NCBI GenBank assembly: GCA_040081625.1
Contig: JBEBGD010000018.1
Span: 1-64,000 of the forward strand
Direction: 5' to 3'
From: Chthoniobacteraceae bacterium
GTDB taxonomy: Bacteria > Verrucomicrobiota > Verrucomicrobiia > Chthoniobacterales > Chthoniobacteraceae
Length of the DNA stretch: 64,000 bases
In this document: positions 38,601 to 46,449 of the stretch, one piece after another
How the letters are laid out: the number at the start of each line of letters is the position of its first letter
Numbering within the stretch: the stretch's first letter is position 1
Notes under the pieces: model-generated
Database searches by the model: none
What the model saw: the letters and a program-made list of their open reading frames with translations, nothing else
What the model was told of the DNA's origin: nothing
Program-made: the position numbers and the translations under genes

Positions 38601-41600
38601 GTTGAAGCGCAGCGCGTAGAGCGTCGGATTGTCCGCGAGTGTCTTCGCCGCCGTGGTGAGATCGGCGATGTCGCCCGCGACGAGTCCGCCCACGGTGAGC
38701 GCGCCGCTGATAATCTTGTTGTAAGCCACTTCACCCGTGCCCGGTGCTGCGCCGACGACGGGCTGGAAGCCGGTGCCGCTGCCGGTCGGATCGTAGCCGA
38801 GGTAGGTATTGAGCACCTGATCGACGATCCACACGGGCGCGATGCCGCCATTGATCACGCCCGCGCCATTCGTCGTCGTTCCGGCGCGCGCGACGCCGCC
38901 GCTGACGACGACGCGCTCATAGCTCAGCGGCGTCGTGTTGTTCGTGCCGAGAAAGCCGGACGTGTAGGCGAGCGTGAGCGTGCCGTTCGCCGTGCGCGAA
39001 AGTCCTGCAAGGTTCAGTTGCGCGCTGGATGCTGTGTTCGCCCTCACCACGTTGAGGATGCCGCCCTTTCGCACCGTCACGGCGCCGATCGTCTCAGTGC
39101 TGTTCCAGTTCGCCGCGCCGTCGTAGCGGAACTGCCCGCCATTCAAATCAAGGCCGACCGCGTCGCCCCAGCGGCCTTGGTTGCCCGCGGTGAGGCCGAT
39201 GTTGTCGATGATGCGGATCAAACCGGACGGGCGCAGAGCGACCGGATTCGTCGGGGAATTCGCATCCGCCTTCCAAAGCGAACCGAGCGTGCCCTGGATG
39301 CGAAGCTCGCCGTAGATCTCGATCGCGCCCGTGCCGAGCGGAGTCTCGCCGATCGGCGAGCCGCCTAGTTCGACGATGATGACCGTGCCCTCGGCGATCT
39401 GCGTGCCGCCGGTGAAGTTGTTCGAGTTGCGGATGATGACGCTGTTGCCGGTGTTCGTCGCGGCGCCGAGCACCATGTTCCGCTGCGGCCCGACTTGCAG
39501 ATACGCGCTGCCGGTCAGCACGTTGTTCACGCCGTCGAAGGCGAGGTTGTTCACGCCTCCGACGAGGCGATAGACGCCGGTGCCAGGGTTCCACGGGTCG
39601 CTCGCGCCGGCGCCGAGCGTCGCGGCCATGTATTTCACTTCCTGCGCGAGCGCGCTGCCGAGGAAAGCGCGGCCATCGCCAATGGATGCGAGACTCAGCG
39701 GCTGCGTGAAGTAGGGCTGCGAGAGCTGGAGCGTCGTGTTGTATGCGCTCGCGAAGTTGGCGCTCGTGAGCACGGTCGGATCGAAGTTGTCGTCGAGTCC
39801 CACCGCGCCGAGAGCGTTCACGCGGCTCATCACACGGAGCTGCGCGCCGTCCACACTGCCATTGCCCGCGAGCCGCAGCGTGCCATCCGGGAAGACCCGC
39901 ACGGGTCCGCTGCCGAGCGGGGTGCCGCTGGCTGCGGTCACCTGCACGTCGCCGGCGATGATGTTCGTCCCGCCCGCGTAGGTGTTATTCGTCCCGGTGA
40001 TCACGATGCCGCGCATCGAGCCGTCGCCGAGTTTGTTCAGCGCTCCCGCGCCGACGATCTGGGCGGCGAGTTCCAGCGCGCCGCTCGGGCCGTCGCTGTT
40101 GGTTTGAAAGGAGGCCTGCGCGCCGAGGATCGTCGTGAGCCCGGCGATGCGCGCGCGGTAAAGATTCGCGCCGGTCGTGGTCAGCGTCGTGTCGCTCATG
40201 TTCAGCGCGCCGAACTGCATGATGTTGCCCTGTCCGATCGCGCCGACGCTGCGGTCCAGGTTGAGCAGACCGGAGCCGCGCACATTGAGCGTGAGCCCAT
40301 CGGTTCCATCCGCGCCGATGCGCACCGCGAGGTTGTTGTATTGCTGGCCATTGGTGCCGGCTGCGATGGCGAAGGTCGTGGCGTTGCCGGTGTAGAGCAC
40401 GCTGAGCGTGCCGCTGAAAAGGTTCACGCTGCCGGGCGTGCTCGCGCCGGCGCCGCCGAGGCCGAAGGGCGCGTTGTCGAGAGTGATGCCGCCCGTCGTG
40501 CCGACGCCGTAGATGTCGGTGCCGCCAGTGAAAGTGTTGCTGCCGGAGTCGGGCGTGCTTGCGCGGAAGCCGTCGATCGTCAGCACGCCTGAGCCTGCTT
40601 TCATCAGCTTCAGGGCGCCATTGAGCGTGCCGGTGAAGAGGGAGTTCTGCGGCCCGGCCATGCTCAGCGTCGCCGCGCTTCCCGACGTGATCGCGCCGCC
40701 GAAGTTCACCGCCCCGCCCGTGCCGCTGACCTGCCGGTTGTTGCTGTCGAGCGTTTCGATCACGATGCTGTTGCCGTTGAGATCGAGCGTCGCGCCGGAG
40801 TTGATGTTCAGTTCGCCGTTCATTCGGCTCGTGAGTCCGCCGCCGAGTTTCAGCGTGCCGTCCTGCACGCTGATGTCGCCGAGCACCGACGTGTTGCCGG
40901 AAAGCGTGAGCGTGCCGCGACCGAACGTCGTGAGACCATTCGCAAGCAATGTGCCCGTGAGCACGGCGCTCTCGCCGGTCATTACATAGACCAAGGCCTC
41001 ACCCGGCGTGCCGATGCCGGGCGCGCTCGCCGAGGTGGGATCGAAGACGAGGTTGCTGCCGATCGTGTTGCTGCCGTTGATGAGCACGGCGCCCATGTTG
41101 AGATTGTCGATCGCGCGAACGAGCAGCGTCCCGCCATTCACGTCGGCGTTCGTGCGGAAAGCGTAGATGCTGTTCACGCTACTCAACGCCTGCGAGCTCG
41201 TGATGTCGCCGATGCCGGTCGCATTCGATCCGGAGAGCGACGCGAGCGTCGCGCCGGTGTAGGGCTTGATGCCGGTGGTCGCGTCGTTCGTTGTGAAACT
41301 CGCGACGCCCGTGTCGTCAGCCGCGACGATATGCGGCGCAAAGATGCCGTTGGTCAGCGCAGAGGCGCGGGCGACGCCGGTGTTGACCGCGTTCACCGGC
41401 GACAACTGCCCGCTGTTTGCAAATGCCGCGCCGCCGAGTGTCGTGCCGTTCACCGTTTCGATCACGAGCGTGCCTTGGTTTTGACGCAGGAGATTGTCCG
41501 TGGCGATCACGACGTTCAGCCCCACGCCGCTTTCCATCTGCAGGTGAAGTCCGCCGCCGTAATTGTAAGTCGTCGTGCTCGCGAGGTTCGTGAGCGAGAT

Positions 41601-44600
41601 ACTGCTGACCGTGTTCACGGCGCGGATCGTGCCGCCGAGCCATTCGAGAATCGTGTTATCCGCCGCGGTCGCCGTGCTGTTCGTCCACGGCGTGGCGTTG
41701 CTGAACTGGTAGGTGCCGTTCGCAAACGCGGCCTGGCGGAAGGTATTCGCGCCGGTCGCCACGAGAGTGCCGGTGCCGGTCTTGAACCAGAAATCGAACT
41801 CGGTGCCCTGCGCGATCGGGCTGGTGACGGTGAAAAAGTTTGCGCCCGTCACGTCGATGCCGCCGCTGTAGATCGACGAGGCGTTGTTGTTGAAGGTGAT
41901 GCCGCGCGTGGTGACGACGTTGTCGTTGATACGCAGCGTGCCGCCCGTGAAGCGGGTCGCCGTGGCGGTGCCGCCGAGTGCGAGGTCGCCGCCGATCTGG
42001 ATGTCGGCCGCGCCGGTGCGCGCGGCATCGCCGAGCGCGGCCTGGTTGTTCACCTGGAGCACGCCGTCGAGCACGATGATCCCCGGCTGAGCGTTGTCGC
42101 CATTGAGCACGAGCGTGCCGAGCCCGCGCTTCGCGATGAAGCCGTTGGTCGCGCCCGCGCCGCCGCCATCGATGGTGCTCGCGGCACCTTGCGTGAGCAT
42201 GAGTCCGGCTTGCACGTCGATGAAGCCGAGCCCGCCGTTGATGCTCACGTTTCGGTCGAGCGTGAAGGAATTCTCCCATGCCGCGAGGCCGCCACCGCTG
42301 AGGATGATTTGCGACGTGTTGCCGAAGTCGGCGTTCGCATTCACGGCGAGCAGGCCTGCGATGACGGTCGTGCTGCCGGTGTAGGTGTTCGTGCCGGCGA
42401 GGAAGGCAGCGCCTTGTCCGGCTTTCACGAAATGATTGCCCATGCCGCCCGCGCCGTCGCTGATTCCGCCGTCGAGGAAGAGATGGCCCGCGTTCGCGCC
42501 GTCGATGCCGACGGTGAGGGTGCGCACGACGCCGGTCGAGCCGGGCGCGAGATTCACCGCGCCGGTGAGCCGCGCGCTGCTCGCGTTGTTCTGCATCTGG
42601 ATCGTGCCATCAGCGGCGAGGTTGAGCGCGTTGCCGATCGTGAGCGGCGCGATCATCCGGAGCTGGCCGGCGAGGCTGTCGAACTGAAGCGTGCCGCCGT
42701 TGAGTGTGATCGGCCCGAGCGCGGCCGTCGCGGTCGCGGCGCTGATGCGCAACGTGGCGATCGTGTTGATGATCGTCCCACCGCCGTAGGTCATCGGCAC
42801 GTCGAACTGCACCGTGCCGCCGCTGTTGTTCACAGCCTGGTCCGCGCGTCCGACATCGCCGGTCATCGAGACACCGATCTGCACCGAGTTCGCCGCGCCG
42901 GTGAGCGGGCTCGCGACACGCAGCGTGCCCTGGCCGGTGCCGAGGCGATACGTGCTGCCGTCCGGCGAGAGCGTGCCGGTGAAGATGCCCGTGTCGCCGA
43001 GCGGCGCGCCGAGGTAGCTGCCGCCGCCCCAAAGCAACTCCTGACTGATGCTTCTGCTGAAGCCCGCCGCGCTGATGGCGAGCGTGCCTTTCCACGGTGC
43101 GGTGGAATTGACCGCGATGACGGGCAGAGTAGCCGGATCGACGACGAAGCTGACGCCGAGCGCGGAGATGCCGCCGAAGTCGGAGTTCAGCGTGAGCTGG
43201 CTGGCGTAAAGATTTGCCGGCGCGGCGATGCGGATCGAGCCGCCGGGATTCACCGTGATCGCGCCAAGGCCGAAGGGTTTCGCCGTGCTCGCCGAGTTGA
43301 GGCTGTTGAGAAATCCCGTGTTGATCGTGACCGGCTGCGTGTAGCCGATCGAGTCGCCGCCGATGAAGAGCCGCTCGTTGCCGAACTTCTCCAGCGCACC
43401 CGTTCCGCCGAGCGCGCCGTTCACCTGGAGGATGTGCGTCGTGTAGATTCGCGCCGGTCCGTTCAGCGTGAAGCCGCCGTAGGCGGTCGTCTGATTTGTG
43501 CCGGCTTGCGCTCGGAGGTCGATGACGATCGGTGCCGTGCTGCCGGTGCGCGGGGCGACGGCGAGATTGTTGAAGCCGGTGTTTGCGACGTTGACGTTGC
43601 CGAGGCGCGCGTCGTTGAAGAACGTGACGCTGTTGTTGTGGCGCTGCGTCGCGGCGTTGAAATGGAGCGAGCCGCCCCACAGGTGGATGTCGTTGCCCGC
43701 ACCGGCGGCGCCGACGTTGTTCAAGCGCGTCTCGCCGGAGTTGAGCGTGAGGGGGCCGGTGAAGGTGTTCGCGCCGCCGAGCCGGAGGATGCCGTCGCCG
43801 AAACGGGTGATGCCATTTGTGCCGGAGAGCACTCCGTCGAGCGAGACGACGCCGGAGGTGCCGCCGGTCGTCGCGACGTAGAGCATCCCTTCCTGCGCAC
43901 CGAAGCTGACGTTTGCAGTGTGCGCGACGGTGTCGTTCGCCGTGTGCGTGACGAACAATCCCGCGCCTTGTCCTGCCGGAGCCGAGGCGCCGATGTTCAG
44001 CGTGAAGCCGCCGTTCGCCAGCACCTGCGAATTTGCCGTGGTGCGCAGGCGCGCCGCGAGCGCGGACACGTTGGCGCTCATCGTGTTCGTTCCGGTCAAT
44101 CCGCTGATGTCGAGGACGGTCGCAGCGGTGGAAGTATTGAGCAGTGCGATGCTCGTCGCGGTGACGCCGAATGCCGCGGCCTGAACGCCGTGCGTCGCGT
44201 CGTAGGTCGCGAATTGCGGGAGCGACGCGTCGTTCGAGTTGGTTCCGCCCCACGGCGCGATGCCGGCATTCATCATTCCAGCGGGAGCGCCGCCGATGAT
44301 CAGCTTCTGCGTGCCTGCGGACGTGCCGAAGGTTGTCGCGTTGGCGGAGATGCTCCGGAGGTTCAGCGTGCCGCGCGTCGCGCCGCGGTTGAGCGATCCG
44401 GTCGTGAGCGTCGTGAGGCGGCCGGCGGTCGTCCCGTCGGTATCCACGCTGATCGTGCTGCCGCCCGCGTAGTCGATCGAAGCGACCGTCTGCGACGCCG
44501 CCGTGACTGCTCCGCCGTCGCCGATGAGGCGGAGGGTCGAAGAGGTGAGGTCGATGTTCGTCGCGGGTTGCAGGCGGCGGTCGCTGTTCGATGTGGCGAC

Positions 44601-46421
44601 GGCGGCGTTGTCGAGCAGCAGCGTGCTGCCGCCGAAGAGCCGGAAGTCCGTGTTCCCGAACTGCGCCGCGCTCGCGTTGTCGGTGCTCAGCGTCGTGCCC
44701 AGCACGGTCACGACTCCGCTTCCGAGCGGCGTGGTGATCGCGCCGTTGATGTTCAGCGTGACGCCGCGGTTCACGGTGATTGCGCCGAGCGACGCGGAGT
44801 TGTCCGCGCGAACCGAGATCGTGCCCGTATTGCCTTGCGCGATGTTCACGCCGGCGAACACGAGCGCCGTCGCGTAGTCGAGGCCGGCGATCACTTTCGC
44901 GGTCGAGACGGGGCCGCCGAGCGAGTCGATGGCGGAGAAGATCAGCGTGTTCCCTGCGGAGTTGAGCCGGACGGTGTTGTCGCTCGCGGGGAGGATCGTG
45001 CCGGTGAACGTGCGGTCCACGCCGCCGACGTTGGCGATCGAGACGCGCGTGTTTCCCGAACCGCCGACCTGGCTGAGGTCGATGCTGCTCGAGAGGTTGC
45101 CGTCGAGACCGAGGACCATGCCGAAGCTGGGAACGCTGACGCTGAGCGGGTTGCCGGCGTCGATGTCGAAGCCGGTATTGCCCACCACCGGCAGCACGGT
45201 GCGCGTGGTGCCGAGTTGCGCGACGAGGTTCAGGCCGCCTTGCATCGTGATGCCGTCGTAGGTCTGGGCCGCGTCCGTCAGGCTGAGCACGCCGCCATTC
45301 ACGAACACGCCGCCCGCGCCGAGGTTCGCGCCCGAGGTGACTTGCAGGAAGCCATCCTTCACCACAGTCGCGCCGTCATAGGTGTTCGCGGTGCTGTCGA
45401 TGATGAGCCTGCCGGTGCCTTCCTTGATGAGCGCGCGGAAGTTCGCGCCGTCGGTGATCGCGCCGCCGAGCGTGAGGACCGCGGTGGTGGGGCTGAAGAC
45501 GTTCGTGTCGCCGACGAGCGTCGTGGTGCCGTCGAAGCGAAGCGCGTAGCTGTTCGCGCCGGTGACGCCGAGGATGCCGCCGTTCATCGTGAGTCGGTCG
45601 AGGACGATGGTGTTGCTGGCGTTTGCGCCGCCGATCGTGTTGCGGTCCACGTTGATCGTCGCGGCGCCCTGGAGCACGACGTCGTTGTTGCCGGAGTAGG
45701 TGATGTTCCCGCCGCTGCCCGCACCGTTGTTGTTGAGGCTGAAGACGGCGAGTCCCACGGACCCGGTGCCGTTGAGGACGATGCCGCCGGTTCCGCTCCC
45801 GAGAGTATCCGGGGTGTTCGTATTCGCACCGCCGATGGAAAGCGTGCCGTTGTTCACGATCCAGGCGCCCTGGTAGGCGGACGCGTCGATGTTCAGTCGC
45901 AGCGTGCCGGCTCCGCTCTTGATGATGCCCGATCCGCTGCTCGTCAGCACGACCTGCGCGTTGGCGGGTCCGGTGATGTCGAGCACGCCGGCGTGGATGG
46001 CCGCGTCGAGGTGATCGTTCAGTGCCAGCGGCGCCTGCCAGACATCGGTCGTCGAGTTGGTCTTGCTGATGAAGGCGTTGCCCGATGCGGCGTCGAGCGT
46101 GAGCGTGTTCGGGCCGGCGAAGGTGAAGACCTGCGCGCCGAGCGAATCGCCGATCCGCAATCCGCCGAGCGTGATCGGCGCATCGAGCGTGATCGTGCGC
46201 GCGGCGCTGATGTTGAAGCGAAAGTCCGCGATGTCGCCGACCGCATTCGGTGCCACGCCGTCGAGCCAGTTGCCGCCGGTGGTCCAGTTGCCCGCGCCGT
46301 CGAAATTCCACACCGCCGTCGCGGCGCCCGAGCGCGGCGTCCAGATCGTGCAGCACGCGAGCATCAGCGCCGCAATCGGCTGCGCGAGGATGGTGCGGGG
46401 GCGTGCGGCGGGACGGCGCAT
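26682..46421 (-). CDS. Giant (6579 aa) secreted PATR/beta-strand repeat protein with PEP-CTERM tail
   Basis: 19.7-kb uninterrupted ORF; signal region LAQPIAALMLACC; numerous KxGxGxLxLxxxNxxxGxxxIxxGxL repeats; C-terminal VPEPG-hydrophobic-RRRHR. Confidence 0.92.
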   Translation of the reverse strand: MRRPAARPRTILAQPIAALMLACCTIWTPRSGAATAVWNFDGAGNWTTGGNWLDGVAPNAVGDIADFRFNISAARTITLDAPITLGGLRIGDSLGAQVFTFAGPNTLTLDAASGNAFISKTNSTTDVWQAPLALNDHLDAAIHAGVLDITGPANAQVVLTSSGSGIIKSGAGTLRLNIDASAYQGAWIVNNGTLSIGGANTNTPDTLGSGTGGIVLNGTGSVGLAVFSLNNNGAGSGGNITYSGNNDVVLQGAATINVDRNTIGGANASNTIVLDRLTMNGGILGVTGANSYALRFDGTTTLVGDTNVFSPTTAVLTLGGAITDGANFRALIKEGTGRLIIDSTANTYDGATVVKDGFLQVTSGANLGAGGVFVNGGVLSLTDAAQTYDGITMQGGLNLVAQLGTTRTVLPVVGNTGFDIDAGNPLSVSVPSFGMVLGLDGNLSSSIDLSQVGGSGNTRVSIANVGGVDRTFTGTILPASDNTVRLNSAGNTLIFSAIDSLGGPVSTAKVIAGLDYATALVFAGVNIAQGNTGTISVRADNSASLGAITVNRGVTLNINGAITTPLGSGVVTVLGTTLSTDNASAAQFGNTDFRLFGGSTLLLDNAAVATSNSDRRLQPATNIDLTSSTLRLIGDGGAVTAASQTVASIDYAGGSTISVDTDGTTAGRLTTLTTGSLNRGATRGTLNLRSISANATTFGTSAGTQKLIIGGAPAGMMNAGIAPWGGTNSNDASLPQFATYDATHGVQAAAFGVTATSIALLNTSTAATVLDISGLTGTNTMSANVSALAARLRTTANSQVLANGGFTLNIGASAPAGQGAGLFVTHTANDTVAHTANVSFGAQEGMLYVATTGGTSGVVSLDGVLSGTNGITRFGDGILRLGGANTFTGPLTLNSGETRLNNVGAAGAGNDIHLWGGSLHFNAATQRHNNSVTFFNDARLGNVNVANTGFNNLAVAPRTGSTAPIVIDLRAQAGTNQTTAYGGFTLNGPARIYTTHILQVNGALGGTGALEKFGNERLFIGGDSIGYTQPVTINTGFLNSLNSASTAKPFGLGAITVNPGGSIRIAAPANLYASQLTLNSDFGGISALGVSFVVDPATLPVIAVNSTAPWKGTLAISAAGFSRSISQELLWGGGSYLGAPLGDTGIFTGTLSPDGSTYRLGTGQGTLRVASPLTGAANSVQIGVSMTGDVGRADQAVNNSGGTVQFDVPMTYGGGTIINTIATLRISAATATAALGPITLNGGTLQFDSLAGQLRMIAPLTIGNALNLAADGTIQMQNNASSARLTGAVNLAPGSTGVVRTLTVGIDGANAGHLFLDGGISDGAGGMGNHFVKAGQGAAFLAGTNTYTGSTTVIAGLLAVNANADFGNTSQIILSGGGLAAWENSFTLDRNVSINGGLGFIDVQAGLMLTQGAASTIDGGGAGATNGFIAKRGLGTLVLNGDNAQPGIIVLDGVLQVNNQAALGDAARTGAADIQIGGDLALGGTATATRFTGGTLRINDNVVTTRGITFNNNASSIYSGGIDVTGANFFTVTSPIAQGTEFDFWFKTGTGTLVATGANTFRQAAFANGTYQFSNATPWTNSTATAADNTILEWLGGTIRAVNTVSSISLTNLASTTTYNYGGGLHLQMESGVGLNVVIATDNLLRQNQGTLVIETVNGTTLGGAAFANSGQLSPVNAVNTGVARASALTNGIFAPHIVAADDTGVASFTTNDATTGIKPYTGATLASLSGSNATGIGDITSSQALSSVNSIYAFRTNADVNGGTLLVRAIDNLNMGAVLINGSNTIGSNLVFDPTSASAPGIGTPGEALVYVMTGESAVLTGTLLANGLTTFGRGTLTLSGNTSVLGDISVQDGTLKLGGGLTSRMNGELNINSGATLDLNGNSIVIETLDSNNRQVSGTGGAVNFGGAITSGSAATLSMAGPQNSLFTGTLNGALKLMKAGSGVLTIDGFRASTPDSGSNTFTGGTDIYGVGTTGGITLDNAPFGLGGAGASTPGSVNLFSGTLSVLYTGNATTFAIAAGTNGQQYNNLAVRIGADGTDGLTLNVRGSGLLNLDRSVGAIGQGNIMQFGALNMSDTTLTTTGANLYRARIAGLTTILGAQASFQTNSDGPSGALELAAQIVGAGALNKLGDGSMRGIVITGTNNTYAGGTNIIAGDVQVTAASGTPLGSGPVRVFPDGTLRLAGNGSVDGAQLRVMSRVNALGAVGLDDNFDPTVLTSANFASAYNTTLQLSQPYFTQPLSLASIGDGRAFLGSALAQEVKYMAATLGAGASDPWNPGTGVYRLVGGVNNLAFDGVNNVLTGSAYLQVGPQRNMVLGAATNTGNSVIIRNSNNFTGGTQIAEGTVIIVELGGSPIGETPLGTGAIEIYGELRIQGTLGSLWKADANSPTNPVALRPSGLIRIIDNIGLTAGNQGRWGDAVGLDLNGGQFRYDGAANWNSTETIGAVTVRKGGILNVVRANTASSAQLNLAGLSRTANGTLTLAYTSGFLGTNNTTPLSYERVVVSGGVARAGTTTNGAGVINGGIAPVWIVDQVLNTYLGYDPTGSGTGFQPVVGAAPGTGEVAYNKIISGALTVGGLVAGDIADLTTAAKTLADNPTLYALRFNQNISPTATNNTLTITSGGFINTGTPSINPTGAITAGVVSPMTINFGGEAIIYNAGNMVMQAQMNAPGGLTKFGLSQFEVRSINPGLGGVVTVNQGTLLARVPFSGSGSAVGTVLNGRDIVLNAGLLQLDGFIANDTGTASEIASTVRATAVLGSNVFVRGDATLGNNGQANYVRIGNLTFENAGGAVAMNGNGVIALALQSGIWVDGTTTLIPQARINSTFNGLSQSTLAGQVTGAGGVLEKFGNGALTLLNAANNYSGGTIINGTVNATATSVVASALRGEGTPFGSGSITVNPGGNLRLADNANIAGNAVTLKSDGIGLAGIGLAHNGPLPAIITSGSPGAGQVRIDSNGPFGGALTLDYGFYSRPLDLAAIGNGDWWLGNSTQAEAFYFNPALGPNANGRYQLGAGGNQNAVEFGGVLVSTARTALFENVFTGGSANATRVEVGALTADLFANGPSFVNGNSAGVGMTFLTRNTGLVGDVRVNTNSTLNLGNNFALGSGRLVLNGGNLRYDTVQSITIDNAVLLTGDFSTSNGNDFVIKGTVTMHEGSAGATRIWSLAGTGTMGVYGVISGADGSNLIKSGAQNVVFAGDNTFQGYTQINQGLIIASGNVAPSVSGPLGVSDSPVVLASGAANLAGGIGIGGKFSFGRDIILGQATGTGSAVIDARTNERAVVTGGISLITGGILTVGAAAADVVGFRGGSLDVQGVISGAGSLLVGTTAVAPANGGTVLLSAGANGYGTNTFSGGVTLNSARLLTGTDTYFAGPANNPTILGGPLGVGTFTFGAGETNRGGAIAAIDGARTIVNALGALSTAANTTLTFAGREALAFTRDLNINSNGTLRTRTFAVQNPRQPIEFSGNFTNTGVQGGNIVKNGVGTLVLTGANANANLLTTDGNYGAAFFVDAGILRVNADAALGSTASLAAAGPHLLGPADVRLRGGTLSIATGFTTARQIILTANSGIDVASGQTLTLSTRTAGAFAITKTGDGALALENPANTQTAITMGGPAQQIAGAGRFSHTGGTVSTTATTGTPFVAGATGTVTIHSGTLSLIGGGTAQALNVPRLVYGAAARVGLSAGATSSTLTASEAAATAFQRAGTFNGVSFGTMVVQPNTPVNLGNTERLLITNAAAQPAGAGGSIITVPSIVTAAPGIGQDANFVRYDSTNGFTLHNVATVGTLAASAPANVGDIVSVDIAGAGIIDILNLRTAASITPTDGSTLIRVLNGGLIVNGSTAPNIGANVLFGTSGSSLTEALVYVRDGQSGASVLSGDLSARDFTKFGPGSLMISGATNVLAATTARLPVLSVQEGTLSFASPGALFQNGHRGNEAGLFTLSVNESGVFDLNGLSLSIAGLAGNGTITSSVAGAVTLTSTNGFGVDTIFNGAITDGAGTIALTKTANGTLTLGGFSTFAGGVSVQAGRVTNSQGAPVALGGIDVRSIFALGGGTVSLAGGTLAINNNVAHAEVEDGIDFNTFGPGNGYDFVIAASGFTNGTPLPANTSSTININSSNTATLVSNTGIHSLTIDAPILTIGGGANLGLLFVKGATTFSLPDTVVRTASGRLFLGGRVNASGKAITKIGANDLVLTHTEGGAEQSAVALWKVYGGLLNPRVADGAANPLGSNTLVEINGGSTAYGLFLHVDGNGTTLSERVTVFQNTTIRYGSMLPISSDVFVSSGASRVQVDRILANNSNKTVVLNSLEVGGALGTPYVFTTGGNGDSLWFNGTTTFTRDLYLQNDVPTTLNGVISGSGTFAKRAGTNLFINADNTSGWEGGTILGVGGTTFLGSFEGNQLTLSDTAKLGTGPVIVNSAAALQINSAGNLQAGQRIHVGGNLNDFGMLRLAADLSLDQLGFRAAGLGGAPAAASNYYLTSTNPATGALALNTIYTKALDLRTIGDGTWFLGSSTNGVGANGSYDAATLGAGFNNTYRLGAGGSTIFVGSNGVANVLTDTSRANSVVIGAPLSIQNNGVMAFGSGNVVLLASQNYTGTTLINRASTLDVRGALATSAIEIYGGLNIAGEGGTLLAGGSNIPVALRPGATLRFDNTAAGVLPVSAAAGRWQDSTDLTLDSATLRMQGNAAVETSETIGALTVQGGSFLEIVRGVIGRGTELRTSSINRAGAGTLTFNTTSEQLGSDERLVITGASPTVTNGMVAPWMVTNTNIDFLTYNADTGFVRAGFTRNLGGTQAAAVSLPTERVLSNADIVLNTGITATVHALRLDNNLTLGTAADATAQMIIGSGGLISNGTRTINAGLVFGSVATPVEALVFNNGTTTIGDTANFATSGQIIATSLTKSGAGTLVMQSNQSAFAGNINVNQGILQLSYAPSAAITAPTVNIGTNGGTIFLNGANTQLNLLGGNDNLTGSAVFNANVTIGDFNPIVQFFADRAGGAITDRRAIIGGNFSFGQNNLETGQIARFTTTNSFDFQLGDSASDLVTLNGKSVFVVDNALSGQGRQLFVGATVTGPGTLVKGPIDTRSDLMLLENVTTLNDWSGGTIVAGGTLRIYAKATNVAAGASTNLTAGSLGTGVVTLMAGSLDLRVDNDGGGAPDTNAERTFFSATGNGFDLVVGGSATINVDRTGLVAAGTTKQIALNNLTIGSQLLTVTGGNAYSLEVAGATTLLGNLFLNNSVDTVLSGAVSDGGAGLFINKINTGVLWIGANTSTLAGGAYINAGMLRFGSPRGGSTTAQLGSGQLTINPDAEIRLEASANINTGAGQRVHLVSTPYAVAVFRTPALTQAEYQALLTPTSSGLLSLLGTESNALDMSSIGGGRMVLTSVEADRTYNAATLEPGLPEPGGTNRVHRLGGRNSNTLILNLSGTGNLTDVAGPTDVRIGSLANLGPQASWGIGFVLLQDQNTYTGTTTVVRGSSMRFDQNSTSTAGPLGAPGASAIHTYGILRAEGANGSFVDAGNTASAYTNLVLHPGSELRFQDTNASGAASDRWHDGTPIELNGSLLTLQTPNTAGVVGSESVGPVSFERGSRIQAVTQNTAEITLTTPGVTRTDKGTLTFVPSAVNRLGIAPAANSERVVVSGAAPTNVSGTNMLPGYYGVQVENRFATYGADGFAPVADGAMTSYAAALPATAIVNVQATTTLVDEPAVFAIRIGAFTLNSITGASNDSTITFTGSGSDIGGIITSGAATIHPNLKFGASGGNEALINTVGGNLTITGNISANGVTKFGANTLVITNDQSDAARGLLQGYGGGWVVNEGTLQLATFGSAGNAVVANTITLNGSQLGAAQLNLRAQPADTLLNYSYTSGRIVIVDNAVIDWDPGASDRVHTIAGIEIQQAGGNGPVDAQLRFANNRDRSILAAGPLTLTHNAIVNVDATADRSVFFAYTLNNANLTTGTSSGVSLASLNGSGNFTKWGDGYLYIRGASPSFTGSVTIDQGAVHVTHNASLGTGAVSVNRYGVLDIGVANFTPTNSSLTYNEASVERWSVNGARSGAVNLGPGTLQVAADQNGTANVIIAGGSIEGWLRADDITETNRGIGVFRNLGTGIGVTLAGDSFVGSRYYEGANGIDMGKQSNDLRPLDESFGSGVILDIKGTIAESGGARSLTKVGYDTVILSGASSYTGGTIVTGGKLLLGRNDALAPTGPLRTHADGVLDLNGYNQTVGRLSNSANPATPGATSGYITNSAATTNTLTVGNGVSTDFTYSGIVQHNVALTKTGPAVLTLANGNTFRGTTAIDQGTIKLELTGSIEDSRWISVGPGATFDVSAKLGGYSFDGAVSGGGVDPAGTTFATVVNAARIAGAFAVTDHIGEVSLVGHLSPGASTDPDAPSTAGNLIGHIYANDDLTLDGGITGTSPAEPTTRLTLQLNGATTTLAALGFTSGRMEDFVDSLSGTEPGLNGAAGNLAGHDYLRIGGTFTINANGRIVVQYLAGFQPSLGEVFNVGDWSTLNSNAFTFGARFQDGSELGTDLDLPILANAIWRWDTSLFASAGALVVVPEPGCGMLSLAGLLLLGRRRHR

Positions 46422-46449
46422 GAGTGGGGGAATCGGGATGTTTGCTCGC

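Noticed and set aside
10149..46421. CRISPR array or DGR-type nucleotide repeats within the giant genes
   Set aside because: Repetition is at the protein level and diverged. I saw no regularly spaced identical DNA repeats, reverse transcriptase or cas genes, although an exact-repeat search could not be run.
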